Shown one piece after another: positions 1 through 9,834 of a stretch of 19,634 bases of DNA; the stretch's first letter is position 1, and every line of letters begins with the position of its first letter. Source of the DNA: Octopus sinensis (taxonomy: Eukaryota). A program made the translations under genes and the position numbers. The DNA is taken from contig NW_021824202.1 in assembly GCF_006345805.1 (NCBI RefSeq), positions 1 to 19,634 on the forward strand. Direction: 5' to 3'. Under the pieces are notes generated by a model. It saw nothing but the letters and a program-made list of their open reading frames with translations. It had not been told where the DNA came from and made no database searches.

Positions 1-68
1 TATTATTAAGTTTTAAGTTTCTAGTTTGATAATAGAGTTTATTATAAGTAAAATTATTATATTATTTA

Positions 69-580
69 CTAGCAGTATCGCCCGGCGTTGCTCGGGTTTG
101 TAAGGGAAATAACTATATAAGCATTTTTAGAGAGTTACTTCCCTTATAGATGCCAATTCGGGCTTTCTTAGCCATTTCTGTTTTGGTGTCTTCAAGCCAT
201 GAAGTCGTTGTTCTAAAAGAACGCTGGCCTCCTTGACAACGCTTTACGACGTTGATTTCCTTACACTCCCTTCCCCACAGCTTCACGAGGGAGGGTAGAA
301 GGGGGAGAAGCAAACATGTGCAGGTGTGACCATGGACGCCAACTCCGCCGCCATCGACACACGAAAAATTATGCATTAAAATGGAATAAAAAATGATGTT
401 AAATTATTTTTAAAATCGTAGACTCATCGTAGACGCGCGCTAATACTCAGACGGGCTCGATATAATCACGACTATAAGATACCCGAATTTGGTTAAATTG
501 CACCGCAAAATGTGGGAGTAGTTAGGAATCTAAATCGAAGGGGACAGGCACTCACACAACTACAGTTTTATATATATAGA
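69..580 (-). mobile_element. Non-autonomous Helitron (512 bp), both termini intact
   Basis: The minus strand reads A|TCTATATATATAAAACTGTAG... at the 5' end (580) and ...CCCGAGCAACGCCGGG-CGATACTG-CTAG|T at the 3' end (69). This gives 5' TC, 3' CTAG, a GC-rich subterminal hairpin (81-96) 8 nt before CTAG, and insertion between A and T with no TSD, which is the canonical Helitron signature. No RepHel coding sequence is present. Confidence 0.82.
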
Positions 581-629
581 TATCTTTAAAATATTGTTTA
601 AATATTTCTGATTATTTTTAAAATATTTC

Positions 630-729
630 AATTAACCTGAAGATTGACTGTAACCATAACTCGAATTATTAATTGAATTTAAATTATTGTTATTCGAATT
701 GGTACAGCCATGAAACGATCGTAGTATTT
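630..729 (+). ncRNA. Type-I hammerhead-ribozyme-like motif (HHR-1), minimal/dimer type
   Basis: CTGAAGA at 637-643. Helix II base 645-656 pairs with 700-710 (10 WC pairs, 1 mismatch, 1 bulge). GAAAC at 712-716. Perfect palindrome ACGATCGT at 715-722. GUA triplet with the predicted cut after 723. Helix I is weak (C636-G724, A635-T725, then irregular). Confidence 0.6.
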
Positions 730-819
730 TACTCTTTATCTTTTATTAAACTTTTAATACTTTTGATATTTATTTAATAAAAAAATTAATTAATTAATTA
801 ATAAACAAAATAATATATA

Positions 820-829
820 AATATAAAAT

Positions 830-863
<34 letters not shown>

Positions 864-1151
864 TATTATATATTATATATATATATATATTATATATATA
901 TATATTTGTATATATATATTTAAAATTTATAAGTTTAAATTATTTTAATAATTTTTTAATTTTTAACTTTTATATTTTTAAATTAATTTTATGTATTGGC
1001 TTATGTTTTTCACTGTTTGATTTGCCTAATAGTGGTTTTATCTCTAATTTAATATAATATATATATATATATGTATGTATACATATATGTATGTATATAT
1101 ATATATTATGTATGTATGTATGTATGTATGTATGTATGCATGTATGTATGT
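820..1151. repeat. AT-rich low-complexity region with (TA)n, (ATAC)n and (TATG)n tracts
   Basis: Visible runs at about 828-920 and 1052-1151, separated by AT-rich sequence. Confidence 0.85.
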
Positions 1152-1955
1152 AATTTTTCTTGTTCTTCTGTGAATCGATTTCGATAAAACTTTATCCAGC
1201 TGGTTTGCACACTTGCTAGATCAGCTGGTTATGAAGAACTCAGTATACTTCTAGCCATCGCTCATCGTCTCTTTTTAACCAAATCCAGTCGCTAGGCTTC
1301 TCCACTGTAGATTGGATATCAGTCATGGTGGTATTGACTTTACGATGAGTTAAGCCTATCGATAACAACAGTCGTCTCACGCTGTGTCCAACAAACCCTC
1401 TACATCCGACTTCGATAGGAAAATGTTCCGCTTTCCAGCCTGCGTCTTCACATTCCTTGAGGAGATTTTCATAACGGTTCAATTTTCAGAAAATGAAGGA
1501 TGATGATAGATATTAAGTATACATTGAGTATATATTTAACAGAAATCCAAAATAATATTATAACATTTATTGACATAATGAATTATTAAGCCACATGAGC
1601 GCTAATGAAGAAACGATCTGATTGTGGGACCTCCAAGCCTGTGACAGTTTGGAATTTAAAGAATATTGGCTACAAGTTATGTGGGAGACCCGGCGTTATC
1701 ATATTATAATGGTTTTCTGTTAAATATATACTAAAGGTATGAAAATATGTTCATTTTCTGAAAAAATATAATGTCTAGATTGGCTATTTTCATTCAAAAG
1801 TTATTAGCGTGGTTCACCTAAAAAGTTAAGGATTTAAAATAAAAAGAAAGGACGTTACACAGAATAATGAAAACATAGCAATGGTGTTGTAATAATGTGC
1901 AAACAAGCTGGGAAAAATTTTATCAAAATCGATTCACAGAAAACCGAGAAATTCC
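1152..1955. mobile_element. Decayed fold-back/MITE-like element with long inverted arms; left arm interrupted by a HERO fragment
   Basis: The reverse complement of 1153-1212 (gtgcaaaccagctggataaagttttatcgaaatcgattcacagaa) matches 1897-1953 (gtgcaaacaagctgggaaaaattttatcaaaatcgattcacagaa). Segment 1483-1564 matches the reverse complement of 1695-1764 (ttttcagaaaatgaa...agtatatatttaacagaaa.cca..ataatat.ataac). The outer termini and TSD are not resolved. Confidence 0.6.
1213..1482 (-). pseudogene. C-terminal fragment of an RLE-type (R2-group, HERO-like) non-LTR retrotransposon ORF plus a short 3' flank
   Basis: The translation LNRYENLLKECEDAGWKAEHFPIEVGCRGFVGHSVRRLLLSIGL...VEKPSDWIWLKR matches the K/R-Y..L...C...GW.....P(I/V)EVG(C)RGF ... 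S.W.W.KR end of restriction-like-endonuclease LINEs, typical of HERO-like elements. No RT domain is present. Confidence 0.75.
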
Positions 1956-1992
1956 AATTTTCACACCTAAGCTATTAGCGTGGTTTTGGGTG

Positions 1993-1995
<3 letters not shown>

Positions 1996-2064
<69 letters not shown>
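1996..2064. repeat. (CA)n microsatellite
   Basis: Near-perfect AC run with one AT interruption. Confidence 0.95.
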
Positions 2065-2068
<4 letters not shown>

Positions 2069-2070
2069 GG

Positions 2071-2466
2071 ACAGAGGGTTTGAAAATGCGATTTTAAAGA
2101 TGTTTATGCACTTGACCTGTTTCACTTTTTTAGAAAAAGATTGGCAAAAGTAAAATCTAAAGCTTTGTACGAGCTTTGTTGTGTTAAGTACTGGTTATCA
2201 CAAAAGTATTAAAATACATATATATATATTCTTTGGTAATAATAAGAAAATGTTAAAAACAGTTTACAAGAAAGTAATCAGAACAGGACTCCAAAAAGTA
2301 TTATGAGATCAATAAAAATCATGTTTGTTTGGTTGTACATATATATATATATAGAGAGAAGGCGGGTTAGCACGCCGGGTGAAATGCGTAGCCGTATTTC
2401 GTCTGCCGTTACGTTCTGGGTTAAAATTCCGCCGAGGTCGACTTTGCATTTCATCCTTTCGGATAT

Positions 2467-2498
<32 letters not shown>

Positions 2499-2743
2499 CA
2501 GAGGTAGATATATTTAAGAATACACAAAACATTGTTGAGGAATAACTGACCTGTCTTTCTGACACTTTCTTATTATTATCAAAGAATGTATAACTGTGTT
2601 TTAATACTTTTGTGATAACCAGTACTTAACACAACAAAGCTCATACAAAGGTTTTGCATTTTACTTTTGACAATCATTTTATAAAAAAGTGAAACCGATC
2701 AAGTGAATAAACATCTTTAAAATCACATTTTCAAACCTTTCAT
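2071..2743. mobile_element. MITE with ~190-bp terminal inverted repeats
   Basis: Segment 2071-2262 aligns with the reverse complement of 2551-2743 along its whole length, including an identical 40+ nt block gagctttgttgtgttaagtactggttatcacaaaagtattaaaa. It lies in TA/CA-rich flanks. A Tc1/mariner affiliation is an inference. Confidence 0.85.
2359..2462 (+). mobile_element. tRNA-derived SINE, family B (internally deleted, 3'-truncated), inside (TA)n within the MITE
   Basis: aaggcgg|gttagcacgccgggtgaaatgc...ggttaaaattccgccgaggtcgactttgcatttcatcctttcgg is homologous to the minus-strand copies at 14590, 15423 and 17229. The A-box segment is deleted relative to those copies. Confidence 0.8.
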
Positions 2744-2826
2744 ATATATTTCCACTCGTGCGGTACCTCACAAATTTACTTTGTTTTATATATATATATA
2801 TATATACCTACGTTGGCCGTAAAAAC

Positions 2827-2876
<50 letters not shown>

Positions 2877-2882
2877 CAGTAG
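2827..2882. repeat. (AGT)n microsatellite
   Basis: About 17 pure AGT units followed by cagtag. Confidence 0.95.
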
Positions 2883-3252
2883 CTACTACTATTACGGCTA
2901 ACGGTCATTTTCACGCTTAAAGCCAACGAATCTAGTCAACGCACAAGACAGCCATTATACTCCCCCCACCACAAAAATACCACCACGTGGACTCTGTTGA
3001 GACTAGTAAGAAACAATTATGGACTTTTTTATTACACTTAACTTTTAAAAAATATTTTTGATAAGGTTCGTTTTTCCAAGAAGAACCGAAACATGCAAAA
3101 TCTCTAAGAAAATTAAAATTTATCTTATATAGTGGCGTTTTCGAACGCATGCACACACACACACGTCTATATGCGCACATAACCGCACACGCACACACAC
3201 ACACATCCAAACGAGCGCACAAAAGATTTATGCATATATATATATAAACTAC

Positions 3253-3603
3253 GTAGCTGTGTGACTAAAATGCTTGCTTTCCAGCCATGTGGTCTTGGGT
3301 TCAGTATCACCGCGTAGCACGTTGAACAATTTTGTTTTTAATACAGCCCCAAGCCGGCCAATGCCCTCTGAGTGGATTTTGCAGAGAGAAACTGAAAGAA
3401 ACCCGAAATATGTATGTATGTTTCTCTGTGTGTGTTCCTTTGTGGTTACCCCAACCGACGTTATTCAGCTACTGCTTGTTTGCTTACGTCTCGGTAACTT
3501 TCCGGGTAGACAAAAGATACCTATAGAATAAGTATCGAGTATAAACTAGTACTGGATCGATTTGTTCCACTAACCCTTCAAGAAAGCATTCCATCAAGGC
3601 CGT
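3253..3603 (+). mobile_element. tRNA-derived SINE, family A, near full length, old
   Basis: Head gtagctgtgtgactaaaatgcttgc...gggttcagt, body gagtggattttgcagagagaaactgaaagaaaccc, internal (TATG/TG) tract and 3' module. Colinear with the copies at 6896-7037 and 11947-12335. Confidence 0.7.
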
Positions 3604-3605
3604 AT

Positions 3606-3607
<2 letters not shown>

Positions 3608-3670
<63 letters not shown>

Positions 3671-3724
3671 CATTATTTGATCGAACGCCACGCATCCATT
3701 TCCAAGTATGTTATCTCATATATA

Positions 3725-3785
<61 letters not shown>
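3608..3785. repeat. Two (TA)n tracts enclosing a 47-bp island (3671-3717)
   Basis: Directly visible. The island matches 10460-10490 at 28 of 31 nt. Confidence 0.9.
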
Positions 3786-3786
<1 letters not shown>

Positions 3787-3788
<2 letters not shown>

Positions 3789-3996
3789 GAGATTCAGATG
3801 AATTAGGTACCAAAAATTAGTGCAGTATTATCCGTACAACTTCAAAATAAGGTGAATAGAAATCAAAATAAGCAACAGGATATCCAGAGGTGATGTAGTA
3901 CGACCGTTTCATGCGGCTCCATTTAATTGAACAATGCAATCATTACATCAATTTAAATGGAGGGCTATCCTCAGCTGCATAAATAAATATAATTTT
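3787..3996 (-). mobile_element. Putative Penelope-like pseudo-LTR / retrozyme-like terminal remnant carrying HHR-2
   Basis: About 210 bp of non-coding sequence bounded by (TA)n. It contains a hammerhead core followed by a T-rich 3' tract. The PLE assignment is inferred from the ribozyme type only; no RT or GIY-YIG ORF is in the window. Confidence 0.45.
3893..3980 (-). ncRNA. Type-I hammerhead-ribozyme-like motif (HHR-2), minimal/dimer type
   Basis: Minus strand: ATGCAG-CTGAGGA-tagcc-CTCCATTTAAATTGA...TCAATTAAATGGAG-ccgcat-GAAAC-GGTC-GTA-CTACAT. Helix I has 5 of 6 pairs. Helix II has a 14-bp stem with one bulge. Helix III ACGGUCGU is self-complementary with two G-U pairs. The predicted cut is between 3899 and 3898. 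Confidence 0.68.
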
Positions 3997-4176
3997 AAAA
4001 ATCAGTTGGACACATTTGTACAATTTTACTTAAATCCTCTAAGAGGGTAGAAGTTTCTAAGACATCAGAAATATATATATGCGCGCACGCACACACCCAC
4101 ATATACATACACAAAACAATAACTTCACCACCACTACAATACAATATATATATGTACATGTATATATATATATATG

Positions 4177-4208
<32 letters not shown>

Positions 4209-4914
4209 CAGACACACAACAATAACCGCACCTACACTACAATATAATGCATGATATCCCCAACGAGGGACCGTATAACTGCTATTCGATCTTCTAAAGA
4301 GTGAAATTTCCCTATACCATAAGGAAAGAGGGAATCAGCTAATGCCGCAAACAAATCCTGAAAAGGACGGAATGGTCATGGTTGGAATATCATTGACTAT
4401 TAATGATGTTTTTCTGTTGATAATGCGAATGTAAAAGGAAATGATGCAATTGAAATTTGTAAAGTGTCCCAAAGAAGCGACATCTCGCAAGTAATTGTAT
4501 CGTAACAATTAAACATCAATTAGATCGAATCAGTGAGTTCAATATAATCTGCTATTTCATTGGCTTATCTTTAAATCTCAGGCAAACATTGTTTCTCTCT
4601 TTCTCTACGGACAAACTATATCTGATATCCCTTCTACTCACCCTGTCCCTTTCTCTATCTCTGCAGATACGCCAATAGATACGGTCTCACTTATTCATTA
4701 GTAACTGCTGCAGCTATAGATACATTGATGTTATTACATTTCAATACAGTAAATGAAAGAAGAAAACAACAAGCATTTAACATTTAGTTTTTCCTCTGAC
4801 AAATATCTCTCTTCGCCTTATAATTCTTCCCCCTTTTATATATTTTTGTAACAGTTTATATAATTGTATATTAATAATGATAATGATGATAATGATAATC
4901 ATTATCATTACAGA

Positions 4915-5308
<394 letters not shown>

Positions 5309-5714
5309 AGTCGCCCGTATTGATGAGCATACGAAAGCAATGCTTTCAAAATTGTCACATGCAATAAATATGCTAATACATGATATTTACAATTATGTCA
5401 ATTTGTGGCTTAGCAGACATTGCAATGGTTAAAATATACTGCAGTAGAGTTCGTTAGAAAAAATGTTGTCGTGTATGTTTACTGAGAGATTAAAAAATAA
5501 AAGAATAAAGAAAACAAACAAAAATTGAACAGTCAGCCATTGTGTCATTTGATAGCAGTGTATGTTACGTGAACATATATGACACAGCGCCGAGCAGTGA
5601 GACTTTTATAAGTCTTAAAACATTTCATCTGAGTTCATTGTGAAAATGAAATTTCCACTCGTGTCATGACGCTTGTTGAGAAACAAGAACTCAAAAGACT
5701 AGATTCTTCTCTTT

Positions 5715-5806
<92 letters not shown>
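5715..5806. repeat. Compound (CT)n(AT)n microsatellite
   Basis: Directly visible. Confidence 0.95.
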
Positions 5807-5809
<3 letters not shown>

Positions 5810-6895
5810 CCCTCTCTGTACTTTACTTTGTTTACCCCATTTAATGCATTTAATCGAACAGTGACAACTAACTAGATTTCTTCCTCTACCAAGAGAAACG
5901 TCCCACCTTTTACTGACGTAAGAAAACAATTCTGTGTGGTATGGCTCAATGAAAACGTGAGAAGCTGTTCAGTTTAAATAATTTCATTACTCATTCAAAC
6001 AGCTGTAATACGATGGAGGAATCATTCAGCATATCATATGATATCAATTGCATTACTCATTACAACATATCACCGTGTTATATCTCGACTTATTTAAATA
6101 GAAGCGATCTCTGGTTGCCGTCTAACGTATAACAACTGTTTAAAACGTTAACTACCCAATCGTTCACATGCATTCCATTCACACACACACTGACGCACAC
6201 ACAAACGCACACACGCTGTGTATGTTGTGACATATAATCAGTTACATTTGCCATTATATGTTAAGTTATCGATACATTATTATAAATTTTAATGTGTAAT
6301 ATCACACATAATCATATCTTAATCAAATAGCCACCCCCAAACTGTACATTCGATAATATCAACAGTTTCGAAATGTCAGTCTTCTTTCCATCACCCATTA
6401 ACATACCATTCCACCAATCATATCAGAAACCATTTTAAAGTATCACGTTGTCTAATTTTTTTATCATGTGATATTAGTACTCAGGCTGTGGTAACTGCTT
6501 TGTACCACGCCTCAGTTTCGTTTAAGAGGTATGTAGATATATATATGCACATATACATATACATACACACATACATATTTATACACATTAGGCGCGCACA
6601 TACACACATACACTCTTGCAAATGTGATGACTATTGTCTTTGTTTACACTTCATCAATCACAATGAAGTTGCAGGTATACACATACATATACATGCATTC
6701 GCATACAGATCAACATACACTCATACATACATACATCATATACACATCAACTTTCATACACATTCATAAAATGAATTTCTCGTTATGTTTCAAGCGCACA
6801 TTTATAGATGCACGCGCACACATTCATTCACATATATACACCCCCGCACACATATATTTTCTCAGTTATTAATTCATAAATATTTATACATATTA

Positions 6896-7037
6896 GGCTG
6901 TGTGGTAAGAAGTTTGCTTCCCAACCGCATGGTTCCGGGTTCATGCCACCGCGTCGGGAAAGTCTTTTTTACTATAACTTTGGTTCGACCAAAGCTTTGT
7001 GAGTGGGTTTGTGAGACGGAAACTGAAAGAAGCTCGT
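6896..7037 (+). mobile_element. SINE family A, 5' head and core only
   Basis: ggctgtgtggtaagaagtttgcttcccaaccgcatggttccgggttca has a tRNA-like head with A/B-box-like motifs, followed by gtgagtgggtttgtgagacggaaactgaaagaagctcgt. Confidence 0.8.
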
Positions 7038-7362
7038 AGAGTTGTCACTGTTTAGTTACGTATTTAGGAGGGGTTGTAATTTACTTATGGAATATATTTA
7101 TCGATACGGTTGTACATTGGGTAAATGTGTTTGAAAGTAGTGGTTTGTTTGTTTGTTTGTTCCCAAACAACACTTATTTTAGTACTGTTGACTAAAGACA
7201 AAAGATTCATCTAAATTAGTTTCGACAATATTCCAGTTGGTCGACATTTGAAACTAATTATTCATTAAAGCAAGTGTCTGAGTATTGCACATTACTGTAA
7301 TCGTGAGATAGAATCAGATAGGAGTGTAGTGTGAGTAGCTGAGTATTTTTACTCTTAAGGTA

Positions 7363-8565
7363 CGAGGGGTGTTCATCAAAGATATCCCCTGACCCATTTC
7401 CGGTTATTACAGGAAACGGAACTTGTACAGGTATAATCATACATGTCATATTACGGCTGCTGAAGTGGACTAAGGTGTTATAATGGAGGCAGTTGAATGC
7501 AAATAAGTGATTAGGTTCTTATACTTGAAAGGTCGAACACCAAAAGAAACTCTCAATGCGATGAAAGAAGTTTATGGTGACAATGCACCATCACACGCCA
7601 TAGTCAAGTACGGGCATCGCCAGTTCAAATGTGGTCGGACATCGACGGAAACTGCTCCTATTTCTGAACGACCACATTCCGCATTTGCCGACGACACCAT
7701 CTTTTAAGTGGAAGCCGCCATTTTGGAGGATTACAGCATAACTATTTGACAACTATCCCCAAAAGCGAAGACAAATGTAGGGTCCGGGAAAAAAATCATT
7801 TACGACCATTTGCACACGCGGAAGTTGTCTGTACAATGAATTCCCCAGATACTCACACCTTTTCAGAAGCAGGAACGAATCAATTGCTCCCAGGCTCATT
7901 TGGTTATGTGTCAAGAAAATGAAGAGGACTTTTCGGCATACTTATGACACAGGATTATGACACAGGGTCCATCACTAAGATCCTGAGAATAAAGTCCAGT
8001 CAAAGCAATGGAAGCATGATAATTCACCACCTCAAAAGAAGACTCGTGTCCAACCCTAAGCAGGCAGGGTGATGCTCACAGTCTCTTGGGACCAGCGCGG
8101 AGTAGTGATCCGATGGATCTGGAAAAGGACACCACAATTAACAAGACATATTTCCCTACTGCAGAAATTGCGGGACGTCATCAAAGCAGAGAGGCGTGGT
8201 ATGCTAACCAAAGGAGTCCGCCTCCTCCAAGACAACCTCCCAGCTCACAATGCGCATATTGCCCAGATGAAAGCACACTCCTGCGACTATTAAATACTTC
8301 CTCATCCCCTCTTATTCTCCCTACCTCGCACCATCTGACTTCCACCTCTTTCCAACCATGAAGTCTTTTTTGAAGGGAAGCACTTTTTAGATGATGATGA
8401 ACTTATTTCCGAGGTAAAGTCTAGGCTCCGGACGCAACCCACCGACTTCTACAGACGAGGTCTTCACAGCTGCATATGTAGAGAAGGACTAATAATTATG
8501 TATAGTTTCGTTTATCCCAGTCCTTGTGAAGTGGGTCAGAGGAAATCTTTAATAAACACCCCTCG
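7363..8565 (+). mobile_element. Mariner (Tc1/mariner, D,D34D) transposon copy 1, near full length, defective
   Basis: 38-nt TIRs starting cgaggggtgtt (33 of 38 identical), TA duplications at 7361-7362 and 8566-8567, and a transposase remnant inside. Confidence 0.93.
7483..8492 (+). pseudogene. Mariner transposase pseudogene
   Basis: MEAVECK*VIRFLYLKGRTPKE...(W)IPQILT...GRVMLTVSWDQRGV...LLQDNLPAH...SYSPYLAPSDFHLFP. Multiple stops and frameshifts, and a C-terminal deletion. Confidence 0.9.
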
Positions 8566-8642
8566 TAGACCTCGGTCGTGGCCCTGTCTATATAACAAGG
8601 TGGATCTCATGATTTCCAATAAATTACAGTAACAACATAGTA

Positions 8643-8790
8643 GACGGGCTTCCTTAAAGTTTCTGCTAACCCCGTTTAACTCAAATGACTTGAATCGACC
8701 CAGAACAAAGGGGACAAAAATTTACCGAAGGAGTTACGCTATGACATCGAGACATCAGTCTGCTACCTGTAAGATCTTACACAGCACCAT
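8643..8790 (-). mobile_element. SINE family A head, heavily diverged
   Basis: gacgggcttccttaaagtttctgctaacc...tcttacacagcac is colinear with 12193-12335. Confidence 0.5.
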
Positions 8791-8980
8791 TAAGTGATCG
8801 AGTGATCTGCTGGAAATATTGGACCATGGGGCAGTATAATTATACATATCTCTGAAAAACTAGGGAGGTCACGCATGGAAAGTCTCTAATTAAAGGGATC
8901 ATCTGTAGATAAAAAGCATCAACATTCGCCTCTCACACACTTTTAGCATTTACTTACATATTGAAAGTATAATTCCTGTA

Positions 8981-8982
<2 letters not shown>

Positions 8983-9032
<50 letters not shown>

Positions 9033-9110
9033 TTCTCTCCTTCTCCCTCTTTCTTTCTTTCTTTCTTTCTCTTTTTCCTCGCTCTATTTTCTCACTCTTC
9101 TTGTCTCTCA
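8983..9110. repeat. (CT)n plus polypyrimidine tract
   Basis: Directly visible. A second CT tract lies at about 9368-9460. Confidence 0.9.
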
Positions 9111-9364
9111 CCCCATTGCTGAGATACACTGTGAAATGAACTGTGCCTTTGAATTATAGCCACGGTCGTTTTGATGTATTTCCGAACTGTTTTCGTAAAC
9201 CCAAATCCACAGCCTTGTTTAGGTCGACCTGACGCTATTGTAGAAGATATATAACCATAATGCCAATATGAGAATACAAGATATCAGGATTGTAAAACAA
9301 GCTTTTTCGCCAAACGCTCAAATCTGTGCCCATGTTTCTCTTACACAGTACATACATACATTCT

Positions 9365-9409
<45 letters not shown>

Positions 9410-9834
9410 GTTCTCTCCCTCCCTCAACCCTCTCTCCCTCCCTCTACCAATCTCTCTCTCTGAATGTATATATATATCACTCACTCACTCTTCAGCTCTA
9501 CCACACTTTCCTCTAATCCAACGTTATACAATGCCTAATATACTATCTATAGATAACAAGATATTAAAACAACATCTTTATATTTACAAGTCCAATTTAG
9601 TTAACCCGACATTCATCCCGAGCCAAAAATGTCAGGCACCATTATAATCAGAAGAATCACAAGACAGTTTTATACCTCTCGACCTCATAGCAAAACTGAA
9701 CGTTCGGAAGTTAAAGAATATTGACGTAATGTTAGTTGAGCTAAAGCTCAGATTCATTCTAGAATGTATTTCTGTAACTATCTTTTCTCACTCCAAAATT
9801 TTTCCCTCAAAGTTTGCGACATAGAATATGCGGT

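Noticed and set aside
113-376. 87-aa minus-strand ORF inside the Helitron
   Set aside because: It has no Rep (HUH) or helicase motifs and is a chance ORF in a GC-richer segment.
4240-4400. Segment that looks like a decayed retroelement 3' end
   Set aside because: There is no second copy in the window and no diagnostic motif, so it cannot be supported.
4630-4750. Polypyrimidine tract plus ctgcag| as a possible splice acceptor
   Set aside because: No convincing donor or recognisable peptide follows; this cannot be supported without RNA-seq.
5315-5350. TTGATGAG-cata-CGAAAG hammerhead look-alike
   Set aside because: C3 is replaced by U, there is no GUH site in register and no helix I. GAAAGC/GCTTTC simply forms its own hairpin.
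7214-7259. 10-12-bp inverted repeat AATTAGTTTC/GAAACTAATT
   Set aside because: Short and AT-rich, and plausible by chance in this base composition.
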